33,493 bases of DNA from Coleofasciculus chthonoplastes F2-STO-03 (GTDB lineage Bacteria > Cyanobacteriota > Cyanobacteriia > Cyanobacteriales > Coleofasciculaceae). Positions within the stretch are counted from its first letter, which is position 1. Each line of letters starts with the position of its first letter. Location: contig JAVJWO010000194.1 of NCBI GenBank assembly GCA_040222015.1, forward strand, positions 1 to 33,493, read 5' to 3'. The notes below the pieces were generated by a model. It was not told the DNA's origin. It searched no databases and worked only from the letters and a program-made list of their open reading frames with translations. Shown piece after piece: positions 9,463 to 17,508 of the stretch. The position numbers and the translations under genes are program-made.

Positions 9463-9645
9463 ATGAGTACTGAAGATCGAATGAAAGCCACAGCTAAGAA
9501 TATTGAAGGGAAAGCCCAGGAAGCTATCGGAGAAATTACGGGCGATCCAGAAGACAAGGCAGAAGGTAAAGCTAAACAAACTGAAGCTCAAGTACGACAT
9601 TCGGTGGAAAATGTAAAAGAGGATGTCAAGAAAAAAATTGACTGA
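9463..9645 (+). CDS. csbD: CsbD-family general stress protein
   Basis: 60 aa with the GKAQEAIGEITGD...KAEGKAKQ pattern. Confidence 0.92.
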   Translation: MSTEDRMKATAKNIEGKAQEAIGEITGDPEDKAEGKAKQTEAQVRHSVENVKEDVKKKID

Positions 9646-9688
9646 TCTGTCTGTTTAAATTTCCATATAAAGCTACATAAAGCTACCT

Positions 9689-9716
9689 GTAGGGGCAATT
9701 TACGAATTGCCCCTAC
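9689..9716. repeat. REP-like palindrome GTAGGGGCAATT-TACG-AATTGCCCCTAC between convergent csbD and trkH
   Basis: 12-bp perfect stem read directly. Confidence 0.85.
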
Positions 9717-9740
9717 GATTGTATACTTGCGTAAGTCTGG

Positions 9741-11255
9741 TTACATCCGACGGATTTTCCTGCCAATCATCTTGCCTACGCCACCTAGGGGCCAAGATAG
9801 CAACAGCAGTACGGGAATAATCTCTAAGCGTCCCATCCACATGAAAAGAATCAACGTCAACTTACCTAGCCACGGCAAATTAGGATGGGTAATGCCTGTA
9901 GACAAACCGACACTTCCCAGGGCAGAGGCGGCTTCAAAGATAATGTCACTTAAATTATATTGGGGTGTGACGATATGGAGTAAAACTACAACACCAAGGG
10001 CAATTGAACTGACCCAAAGTATTGCCAGAACAGCCGCCGACTCAATCCGACGATTCGCTTCATTTTCCTTAATGACTTTGCCATCTAGTTTATAGCGCAT
10101 CATCTGATGGGGTTTTAGAGTAATGCGTTGAAAGCGCCACAGAATCCCTTTGAACAGGGATACGACACGAGTCAGTTTCAACCCACCCACTGTAGAACCG
10201 GAAGCGCCACCGCAAATCATGCCAAAGGTTAATAAGAGTTTAGTGGTGGGACTCCACAATCGCAAGTTTGTCGTACTAAAACCACAAGTTCCGAAGGCTG
10301 AAGCCCACTGGAATATACTATCAATCCACCGAATTTGACCTCTAAACCAATAGTCTTCGAGAACCAGGATCACGACACCCCCAGCTAGCAATATCCACAG
10401 CGCCCGATGTTGAGTATCCTGCCATAATGCTGATAGCTTTCGCTGGCGAAGCAATTGATAGTGAATGGGAAAACTAATCGCCCCCGCAATCATAATCGGG
10501 ATGACGGCTAACTGGATTTGGGGACTATAGGAACCAATACTATTATCAGTTATGGCAAACCCCCCCGTTGAAATTCCAGTCATGCCATGATTCAGCGCAT
10601 CCCACCATGGCATTCCGACTAAGCGCAACCAGACGACACTTACCACCGTGTAGAGAAGATAAATCCACCAAATTTGACGTACTGTTTCTGTAATCGTTAA
10701 ACCAATTCGCTTCTGGCGTCCTTCAGCATAGTAAAGTTGATAAGCATCAGTACTGGGTTCTAAGACTGAAACCATCAACACAATCACACCCACGCCACCA
10801 ATCCATTCCATAAAGGAACGCCACCACTGGATACTACGTGGCAAATCACTCGATCGCAGCGCCATGCTTAGTCCTGTACTCGTAAACCCGGAAAACGCTT
10901 CAAATAAAGCATTCCAAGGTTCCTGAAAATTAAGCATAGTCATGGAAGGAAGAGTAACATTGGCTAAATGAGACGCAATTAAGACCAATGGGATCGCACC
11001 AAAAAAGGGAATTAGCCCCCAACTGAGGGCAACAGCCACCAACGCATGAGGTAGACGTGAGGCTTCTGCATGGCGAAACAGACGATAAAGTCCTTGTCCT
11101 GCCGCTAATGACGCTAATGCTGTCCCGAAGAAGGGCAATATTGCATAATATTCACCCAACAAAATGGCGATAGGTATAGACACTAATGCCATAGCTCCTG
11201 GGACATAAAGAAATAAACCCAGGTCACGTAAGATTGTTTTGATATGTCGATTCAC
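9741..11255 (-). CDS. trkH: TrkH-type potassium uptake membrane protein
   Basis: Four pore-loop motifs (SGFTSTG, GISTGG, AFGTCG, ALGSVG), GGASGSTVGGLK and the C-terminal MWMGRLEI motif. Confidence 0.93.
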   Translation of the reverse strand: MNRHIKTILRDLGLFLYVPGAMALVSIPIAILLGEYYAILPFFGTALASLAAGQGLYRLFRHAEASRLPHALVAVALSWGLIPFFGAIPLVLIASHLANVTLPSMTMLNFQEPWNALFEAFSGFTSTGLSMALRSSDLPRSIQWWRSFMEWIGGVGVIVLMVSVLEPSTDAYQLYYAEGRQKRIGLTITETVRQIWWIYLLYTVVSVVWLRLVGMPWWDALNHGMTGISTGGFAITDNSIGSYSPQIQLAVIPIMIAGAISFPIHYQLLRQRKLSALWQDTQHRALWILLAGGVVILVLEDYWFRGQIRWIDSIFQWASAFGTCGFSTTNLRLWSPTTKLLLTFGMICGGASGSTVGGLKLTRVVSLFKGILWRFQRITLKPHQMMRYKLDGKVIKENEANRRIESAAVLAILWVSSIALGVVVLLHIVTPQYNLSDIIFEAASALGSVGLSTGITHPNLPWLGKLTLILFMWMGRLEIIPVLLLLSWPLGGVGKMIGRKIRRM

Positions 11256-11468
11256 TATAATTTGAAAATAGGTTTAAGTTTTGACCAAACCCTAGGCTCA
11301 AGGGTATGATTTTGTGTAGATGTGGGTTTCACTATTATCGTTTCTTACCTCACCCAAATTTGACTAAACCCGCCCCGACCAAGGTTTGAGTTGCGGAGTG
11401 GGGCTAATTGGAATTTTTTACCATATCGGTCTAACGGATCAGTCTTAAAGTTCCCCATGGTTTAACTT

Positions 11469-11879
11469 TTATTCATTGTCAGAATCTTCCATCATCCCAT
11501 AGAGAGACTTGGCAATAATCATTTCTGGATTAGTGAGAACCTGTACTCCCAAACGTTCAAAAAGAGACTGATGATTGGATTGATTGACCATGCTAATCAG
11601 CGTCTTAATTTCGTACTCTTTGCCCAAAAACATCGCCATCAGATTAGCTGAATCATCACTCGTTGCGGCGATCAGGGCATCAGCCCGATCAGCGCTGGCT
11701 TCTTCCAGGAGATTACCCTTGGCAATATCCCCTTGAAATACATTAATATCGTGGCTTTTGAGAACCTTTCTGGCTCGTTCTACATCCTCTTCAATCAGGG
11801 CAACCTCATGACCATCTTTAAGGGCTAAGTCAATTAAGCTAGCCCCCTCCGGTCCTGCGCCTAAGACAATCAAGTACAT
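11469..11879 (-). CDS. trkA: TrkA-family regulator consisting of a single RCK_N (NAD-binding) domain
   Basis: IVLGAGPEG Rossmann loop, GDIA, ADALIAATSDDSANL; 136 aa, directly upstream of trkH. Confidence 0.88.
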   Translation of the reverse strand: MYLIVLGAGPEGASLIDLALKDGHEVALIEEDVERARKVLKSHDINVFQGDIAKGNLLEEASADRADALIAATSDDSANLMAMFLGKEYEIKTLISMVNQSNHQSLFERLGVQVLTNPEMIIAKSLYGMMEDSDNE

Positions 11880-11914
11880 GACAATGGTTCTCTAAAAAAA
11901 CAAGCAATCACAGA

Positions 11915-12044
11915 TAAGTAGGTGGGGACAATTAAAGTTAACGGTGGGGATTGTCATTTGTCATTTGTCATTTGTCATTTGTCAGGGTTTGAGGCTTGTT
12001 AACATAACTAAATAGGGTTGAGTTTATTTCCACCAACCTACTTA
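11915..12044. mobile_element. MITE-like element with TAAGTAGGT...ACCTACTTA ends, carrying (TTGTCAT)x4-5
   Basis: Terminal inverted repeats bounded by TA; heptamer run at 11951-11984; related short copy at 13076-13123. Confidence 0.7.
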
Positions 12045-12113
12045 GCAAATATCTTACCTGAAAATATTTTCATCGATGAATTCGACAATTTTAACTCTAA
12101 AATACTATTGAGT

Positions 12114-12929
12114 TTACGCCCGAATCCGCCGATATTCTGCCTGGACAAACATGTGAATTCCGTAGGCAATTAAACCAATGGCAACAATTCCCAATAACCA
12201 AGCTCCATAAGGTTGTCGAGTCAGTGTTTCTAACGCCCCATCGAGTCCTCTGACTTCACTCGAATCATACTGACGACCTGCCTGAATTGCAAAGAAACCA
12301 ATCATCACAAAGACTACACCACGCGCCGCTAAACCCAATCGTCCCGCACGAGTTGCCCAAGTTTCCTCAGTATCACTCATCTCGTACAACTTCAGCTTTT
12401 TGCGGAATTTAGCTTTGTAAGCTTTATAAAATTGGTAAAAGCCATAACCAATAATAATTGCCCCAATTATACCCACTAACCACTGACCAAAGGGTTGGGC
12501 AAGCAGGCGGGCTGTCCACGTTTGCTTTTTACTTCCATCGCTAGCACTCTGAGTCGCACTCACAATGATTTGAATCGCACTGAAGGCTAAACTTGCATAA
12601 ATCAAACCACTAATTCCGTAACCAATACGTCTGACAATATCGTCAGCATCATTACTTTTGCCTGTATGGTCAGGGTCTTGAATCGCTTGGACAAAACGCC
12701 AAACTACGTATCCAATCAAACCCAAGGCGACTACCGCTAACATGAACTGACCAAAGGGCTGGGCTGCAATTGTGCCTAAAGCACCTTTGGTATCTGTGGT
12801 TTTCCCACCGTTGCCTAATGCGGTTTGTACTGCTAATAAGCCGACAGTTGCATACACAATCCCTTTGGCGTTATACCCCAATCTAGCCAATTTGTCGATC
12901 CATGTACTTTTATTACTTGCTTGAGACAT
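12114..12929 (-). CDS. DUF1206-repeat membrane protein
   Basis: Repeated ARxG..A[KR]G.V helices and three QP[FY]GxxL motifs. Confidence 0.85.
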   Translation of the reverse strand: MSQASNKSTWIDKLARLGYNAKGIVYATVGLLAVQTALGNGGKTTDTKGALGTIAAQPFGQFMLAVVALGLIGYVVWRFVQAIQDPDHTGKSNDADDIVRRIGYGISGLIYASLAFSAIQIIVSATQSASDGSKKQTWTARLLAQPFGQWLVGIIGAIIIGYGFYQFYKAYKAKFRKKLKLYEMSDTEETWATRAGRLGLAARGVVFVMIGFFAIQAGRQYDSSEVRGLDGALETLTRQPYGAWLLGIVAIGLIAYGIHMFVQAEYRRIRA

Positions 12930-12949
12930 AACAATACTTTGCCCTCAAC

Positions 12950-12979
12950 TCTTCTTTCGGGGAATCTTCTTTCGGGGAA
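12950..12979. repeat. 15-bp tandem duplication TCTTCTTTCGGGGAA x2 in the DUF1206 leader
   Basis: Read directly. Confidence 0.85.
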
Positions 12980-12986
12980 TGTACAA

Positions 12987-13030
12987 AGATTACCGATTGG
13001 CAGGCAAAATTATATCTATCGTCGGGATGA
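12987..13030 (-). promoter_or_regulatory. Putative operator plus -10 box of the DUF1206(-trkA-trkH) unit
   Basis: Minus strand TCATCC-CGAC-GATAGA (13030-13015), 22 nt, TAATCT (12992-12987). Confidence 0.55.
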
Positions 13031-13075
13031 AATTTAAACCTCGGCTCTATATACCAAAATGATGAGAGTGTGTGG

Positions 13076-13123
13076 TAAGTAGGTGGAGACAATTCTAAAG
13101 TCGGGGTCTGTGTACCTCACTTA
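13076..13123. mobile_element. Internally deleted mini-copy of the 11915 MITE family
   Basis: TAAGTAGGTGGAGACAATT matches 11915-11933 at 18/19 positions; degenerate right end ACCTCACTTA. Confidence 0.55.
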
Positions 13124-13139
13124 TGCCTTCGATTCTCAA

Positions 13140-14903
13140 TTAACTATCTCTGCCAAACGTATTGGTAATCCACGCTGATTGGTAAGGCTGTAGCGTAAAC
13201 GTATCATGGATATCGGGAATAATTTTTCCACTAATCAAGTCACACCACTCATCCGTGGCAATTAAATTTAATTCCAATAACGGTAATGTTTGGGGCTTAT
13301 CGCTCAAATTATGGATCGAGAAAATACTCTGATCTCGCTTCATACTCTGTCGCCAAAATACCAACAGTGCCTGATTTGAGGGATGTAGTGTATATTGCGT
13401 TGCATTGGGATGAAATGCCTGCTGACGGCGACGAATTTGAATCAATCGAGATAGTTCCTGAAACACGATCGCGTGAGGGGAATTTACCTGTTTCAACTCT
13501 CCCTTCAGTTCCGCCATATCCCAGCGATGGCGGTTAATTGAGCGTTTTCTACCCGTCTGCTGCATCAGAGTGCGATCGCTACCCGTCCCTAGCAAACTGT
13601 GAAGGTAAAATGCGGGAATTCCTTCTAAGGACATCATAATGGTTTGTGAGCAGATAAAACGCTGAATTTGCCATTGATCTTCTCCCTTTACGGTTCCTTT
13701 CAGGGCATCAAATAAAGCAATATTAATTTCATAAGGAGTTTCCGTCCCATCGGGTTGACGGCGATAGCTAATTTCTCCGCCAAATTGAGTAACACATTCG
13801 ATTAACGTCTCATATTCGTCATCCGACAGCAAGCCCTCCGTCGGACGCAAACCGATGCCATCATGAGATGCGGTAAAATTCAAATAGGCGCAACCCATCG
13901 GTGCAGGGGGCATACTCATCATCCAGGTTTTTAGATGATCGGATTTTCCCTGAAGTAAAGCATTAAGCAACAGCGGCGGTAGACTAAAATTGTAAATAAT
14001 ATGCGCTTCATTTCCGTTGCCAAAATAACTCAAGTTTTCTCGGTTTGGTACATTGGTTTCTGTAATAATTACCACCGCTGGATCAACGAGTTGTAATAGT
14101 TCTCGCAGTAGCCGGATCAGGGCATGAGTTTCGGGTAAATGAATACAGGATGACCCGATGCGCTTCCACAAATATCCCACGGCATCCAGTCGGATATATT
14201 TAGCGCCAATATTGACCACATAAAATAATAGAATTTTGACATACTCCACTAACAGATCTGGATTGGCAAAATTGACATCAATTTGGTCGTCGCTAAACGT
14301 CGCCCAGACGTGTTTATCGCCGTTTACGGTATCCACTTTGACTAATAAAGGGCTACTCCGGGGACGCACCACTTGGGATAAATCAGTCGTTGGGTCAACT
14401 TCAATGAAATAATTACACCCCGGCTTTATCCCCTGTTTAAACTGTTCAAACCAGGCACTTTGACTAGAAACATGATTAAGGACTAAATCCAGCATCAAAT
14501 CAAAGGTTTGGGCAATGGATTGAATATCTTCCCAGGAAGCCAATTCTGGATTAACTTGCAGATAATCAATGATGGCAAATCCATCATCGGAACTGTAGGG
14601 ACAAACGGGTAAGATATGAACGCCGGTTATTGTGTCCTGAAGATAGTGTTCGAGAAACTGTTTCAGTGTCACCAAGGGTTTTTGATCACCCTGACGATAG
14701 ATGCTGTCGCCATAGGTAATCAGTAATATCTGCTGTTCATTCCACTTATCGGGATTTTTCGCTCCTGAATCGCAATAGTGGGGGTGCAGCAACTGCAATA
14801 AGTGAGCCGCTAGTTGCTCAATATCTGCCTCTGGATAGATGACTTCTAGTAGTGGCTTGATGCGTGACTCAAAAGATTTGACCAGTTGGCTTGACGGCGA
14901 CAT
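13140..14903 (-). CDS. GH13_18 sucrose-phosphorylase-family enzyme, probably glucosylglycerate phosphorylase (YcjM-like)
   Basis: SSDDGF, LNHVS, RLDAVGY (nucleophile), TETN (acid/base), ASHDGIG, PYEIN. ETN and YE are the glucosylglycerate-phosphorylase-type signature rather than E.H and YQ of true sucrose phosphorylases. Start at ATG 14903 is a guess; the ORF is open to 15014. Confidence 0.85.
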   Translation of the reverse strand: MSPSSQLVKSFESRIKPLLEVIYPEADIEQLAAHLLQLLHPHYCDSGAKNPDKWNEQQILLITYGDSIYRQGDQKPLVTLKQFLEHYLQDTITGVHILPVCPYSSDDGFAIIDYLQVNPELASWEDIQSIAQTFDLMLDLVLNHVSSQSAWFEQFKQGIKPGCNYFIEVDPTTDLSQVVRPRSSPLLVKVDTVNGDKHVWATFSDDQIDVNFANPDLLVEYVKILLFYVVNIGAKYIRLDAVGYLWKRIGSSCIHLPETHALIRLLRELLQLVDPAVVIITETNVPNRENLSYFGNGNEAHIIYNFSLPPLLLNALLQGKSDHLKTWMMSMPPAPMGCAYLNFTASHDGIGLRPTEGLLSDDEYETLIECVTQFGGEISYRRQPDGTETPYEINIALFDALKGTVKGEDQWQIQRFICSQTIMMSLEGIPAFYLHSLLGTGSDRTLMQQTGRKRSINRHRWDMAELKGELKQVNSPHAIVFQELSRLIQIRRRQQAFHPNATQYTLHPSNQALLVFWRQSMKRDQSIFSIHNLSDKPQTLPLLELNLIATDEWCDLISGKIIPDIHDTFTLQPYQSAWITNTFGRDS

Positions 14904-15080
14904 AACGTTCAAACAGATCATTGGGAAATAGTTTGTCGGGAGGATATCAGACTGAGTAAAGTTCAATTTTTCCCGACACCCGACACTCAGTAGTACCTTC
15001 AAGTTCCTTGTCACCCCCTCAGGTTTATGGCACTAAAGTGCCTACTACGAACCTACGAACCCTGTTCCCTGTTTCCAATT

Positions 15081-15123
15081 TGTATAGATTATCACAGCAT
15101 AATTTTCAAATTAATTGAATAAT
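15081..15123 (+). promoter_or_regulatory. Putative NtcA/CRP-type site and -10 box upstream of gpgS
   Basis: TGTA-TAGATTAT-CACA (GTA-N8-CAC, one mismatch to GTA-N8-TAC), then 22 nt, then AATAAT (15118-15123). Confidence 0.45.
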
Positions 15124-15154
15124 CAAACGGTTGTGCAGAGGTGTCATCAGTCTA

Positions 15155-16483
15155 ATGGACTATAAGCAAGAATTGATCACAACGATTCATGACTTTGGCT
15201 GTAATCTGGATGCTCTTGTAACCCGATTGACGCGCTTAAGTGAAGAATCGCCCACGGCGGTGCTAATTCCAGCGCTCTACGAGGAATTCGAAAGACCCGC
15301 GTTAACTAAAATTCGCGATCATCTGGCTGCTTGCGAGTTTGTCAAGACGGTTATCGTTTGTGTGAATGCACCAACGGTGACTGATTATGCCAAAACCTTA
15401 CAATTTTTTCAAACCCTACCGCAAACTACGCTAATTATTTGGGAAAATGGTCCACGAGTTACTCAGCTTTTAGCAGATGTGCGGGAGAGGGGGCTGGATT
15501 TACTGAAGTTTAAGGGAAAGGGGTTAGCGGTTTGGTTAGGCTTAGGCGTCGCGTCTCTGAGTGCTGATGCGATCGCACTCCATGATGCTGATATTATTAC
15601 CTATGACTGCTCCTATCCACTCAAACTGCTGTATCCCCTGCTGGATAAGGAATTTGGCATTGACTTTAATAAAGCCTACTATACCCGTTTAGGCAATTAT
15701 CCCCACAGTTTTCATGGGCGAGTGGTACGTTTGTTCGTGGCGCCGTTGCTCAATGTGTTAAAGGAGGTGTTCGGCGAAAAGAACTACTTACGCTACCTGA
15801 GTGCTTATCGTTACCCCCTAGCTGGTGAATTTGCCTTGACTAGCGATTTAGCCCTACACACGCGCATTCCGGCAAATTGGGGTTTAGAAATTGGCTTACT
15901 TGCCGAAGTCTATCGCAGTATGCCATCCAAACGCATTGCTCAAGTTGATTTAGGTATTTTTGACCACAAACATCAACCCTTGGGTGAAGATGTGAATTCG
16001 GGGTTGCAAAAAATGTGTCGCGATATTTTCCGTTCCATCCTGCGAACCTTAACCGAAACTGAACAGGTGGTGATTACAAGGGAGCATATCCATGCGCTGC
16101 GCGTCAAATTTCGCCGGGAAGCTCAAAGCTTCACCCGTAAGTATTTTATCGATGCTCGCTTCAATGATTTGTCCTATGATCGCCACCAAGAAGAAATCGC
16201 GATCGAATGTTTTGAACAGGTTATTTCGCACGCAGGTGAACAGTATTTTAATGATCCAGTAGGCGCTCAGATTCCGGATTGGACAAGAGCATTAGCGGTT
16301 ATGCCTGATCTGCGCGAACGACTTATCTATTGTGTTCAACAGGATGTTGCTCAAGTTACCGCCCAAGTTTTAGCGTCAACCCTGACACCGAAGATGGTAA
16401 ATCCCTTGCATCTTGAGTCGTCAGGATTACCAGCAGAAACCATAGGATTGAAAAACGAAGCTGGAATTTCTATATCTCGATAA
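15155..16483 (+). CDS. gpgS: Glucosyl-3-phosphoglycerate synthase (cyanobacterial type)
   Basis: MDYKQELITTIHD start, GKG.AVWLGLG, HDAD (DxD), KAYY.R, GRV.RLFV.PL, YRYPLAGEF, WGLEIG, DHKHQ; divergent from the GH13_18 gene. Confidence 0.82.
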   Translation: MDYKQELITTIHDFGCNLDALVTRLTRLSEESPTAVLIPALYEEFERPALTKIRDHLAACEFVKTVIVCVNAPTVTDYAKTLQFFQTLPQTTLIIWENGPRVTQLLADVRERGLDLLKFKGKGLAVWLGLGVASLSADAIALHDADIITYDCSYPLKLLYPLLDKEFGIDFNKAYYTRLGNYPHSFHGRVVRLFVAPLLNVLKEVFGEKNYLRYLSAYRYPLAGEFALTSDLALHTRIPANWGLEIGLLAEVYRSMPSKRIAQVDLGIFDHKHQPLGEDVNSGLQKMCRDIFRSILRTLTETEQVVITREHIHALRVKFRREAQSFTRKYFIDARFNDLSYDRHQEEIAIECFEQVISHAGEQYFNDPVGAQIPDWTRALAVMPDLRERLIYCVQQDVAQVTAQVLASTLTPKMVNPLHLESSGLPAETIGLKNEAGISISR

Positions 16484-16505
16484 TATAGATCTGTAGATAG
16501 TTTCA

Positions 16506-16955
16506 TTACTTCTTCTGCTTCTTCTGCTTCTTCTGCTTCTCCTCTTTCTGGTGTTGGACTTCGATGACGGTGTGTACATTCCCCCGTGGGGCAAAATCGC
16601 CTTTTATCGTTACCTCTAAAGGATCACAGGCTTCTACAAAGTCATCCAAAATCTGATTAACGGATTCTTCGTGAGAAATATAGCGATCGCGGAAACTATT
16701 GATATACAGTTTAATCGCTTTAAGTTCTACCACCCGCTCATTGGGAATGTAGCGGATATGAATGGTGGCAAAGTCAGGATAACCAGAAAATGGGCATTTA
16801 CAGGTAAACTCTGGCAACGTGATATCGATGTGGTAACGACGCCCAATTCGAGGGTTAGGGAACGTGATTAGCTGTCCTTCAGCAATGGCACGTTCACCAT
16901 ATTTCATCGGTTGTGCATCTGAGACAGCAGAGTTCTGAGTGGGTAGATGAGTCAT
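16506..16955 (-). CDS. queF: 7-cyano-7-deazaguanine (preQ0) reductase, unimodular QueF
   Basis: [16 protein letters not shown] (catalytic Cys/Asp), ELKAIKLY QueF motif, SHEE, PRG. Confidence 0.96.
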   Translation of the reverse strand: MTHLPTQNSAVSDAQPMKYGERAIAEGQLITFPNPRIGRRYHIDITLPEFTCKCPFSGYPDFATIHIRYIPNERVVELKAIKLYINSFRDRYISHEESVNQILDDFVEACDPLEVTIKGDFAPRGNVHTVIEVQHQKEEKQKKQKKQKK

Positions 16956-17050
16956 AAGCAGCGAAGAGGATTATTTTTGTACCCATAATCTAGTACAATG
17001 ACCTACGTTTCCCAGAGAGGTCAGACGTGGGAAACCTATCACCGGAATCG

Positions 17051-17461
17051 CTAAAACGGGTTAAAGTCATCATGCCTTGAAGGATTCGATTCCCAGTCTG
17101 GGCAATTCTCACCATCCCAACCATAGGGATGCATTCCACAGACTAATAAATTCCCCCCGTAGACTTGACCATGGTAATGACGACAACCGATACAAGCAGG
17201 ATGTCGTTCCGGCGTAGGATCTCCGGGATAGGTAAAACCCATGTCCGAATCAGTCGTCATATCTATCTCGTCATACTCTAAATAGATCTCAATAATGGGT
17301 TCAAAGATATCCTCTAAGCACTTATCTATTTCGGCACCAATGGTATTTTGCCACTCTTCAGCAAAGTCTTCGATGATGTCCGCGACTTCCACGACAACCT
17401 CATCGACTACATCTACCAATGATTCCAGGGATTCCAAAAAACTTTTAGACCACTCATCCAT
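17051..17461 (-). CDS. Conserved hypothetical protein: acidic N-terminus plus a C-terminal Cys/His putative metal-binding motif
   Basis: ACIGCRHYHGQVYGGNLLVCGMHPYGWDGENCPDW (CxxC...CxxH...C). Confidence 0.8.
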   Translation of the reverse strand: MDEWSKSFLESLESLVDVVDEVVVEVADIIEDFAEEWQNTIGAEIDKCLEDIFEPIIEIYLEYDEIDMTTDSDMGFTYPGDPTPERHPACIGCRHYHGQVYGGNLLVCGMHPYGWDGENCPDWESNPSRHDDFNPF

Positions 17462-17508
17462 AGGGGAACGGATAGTAAAAACTCCGAGTTGGGCAAATGC
17501 TCCCTTAG

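Noticed and set aside
16956..17050. preQ1 riboswitch upstream of queF
   Set aside because: A short stem plus A-rich tail exists (GTAC..GTAC-AAAAATAA), but the loop lacks the conserved preQ1-I nucleotides; an Rfam/Infernal scan would settle it.
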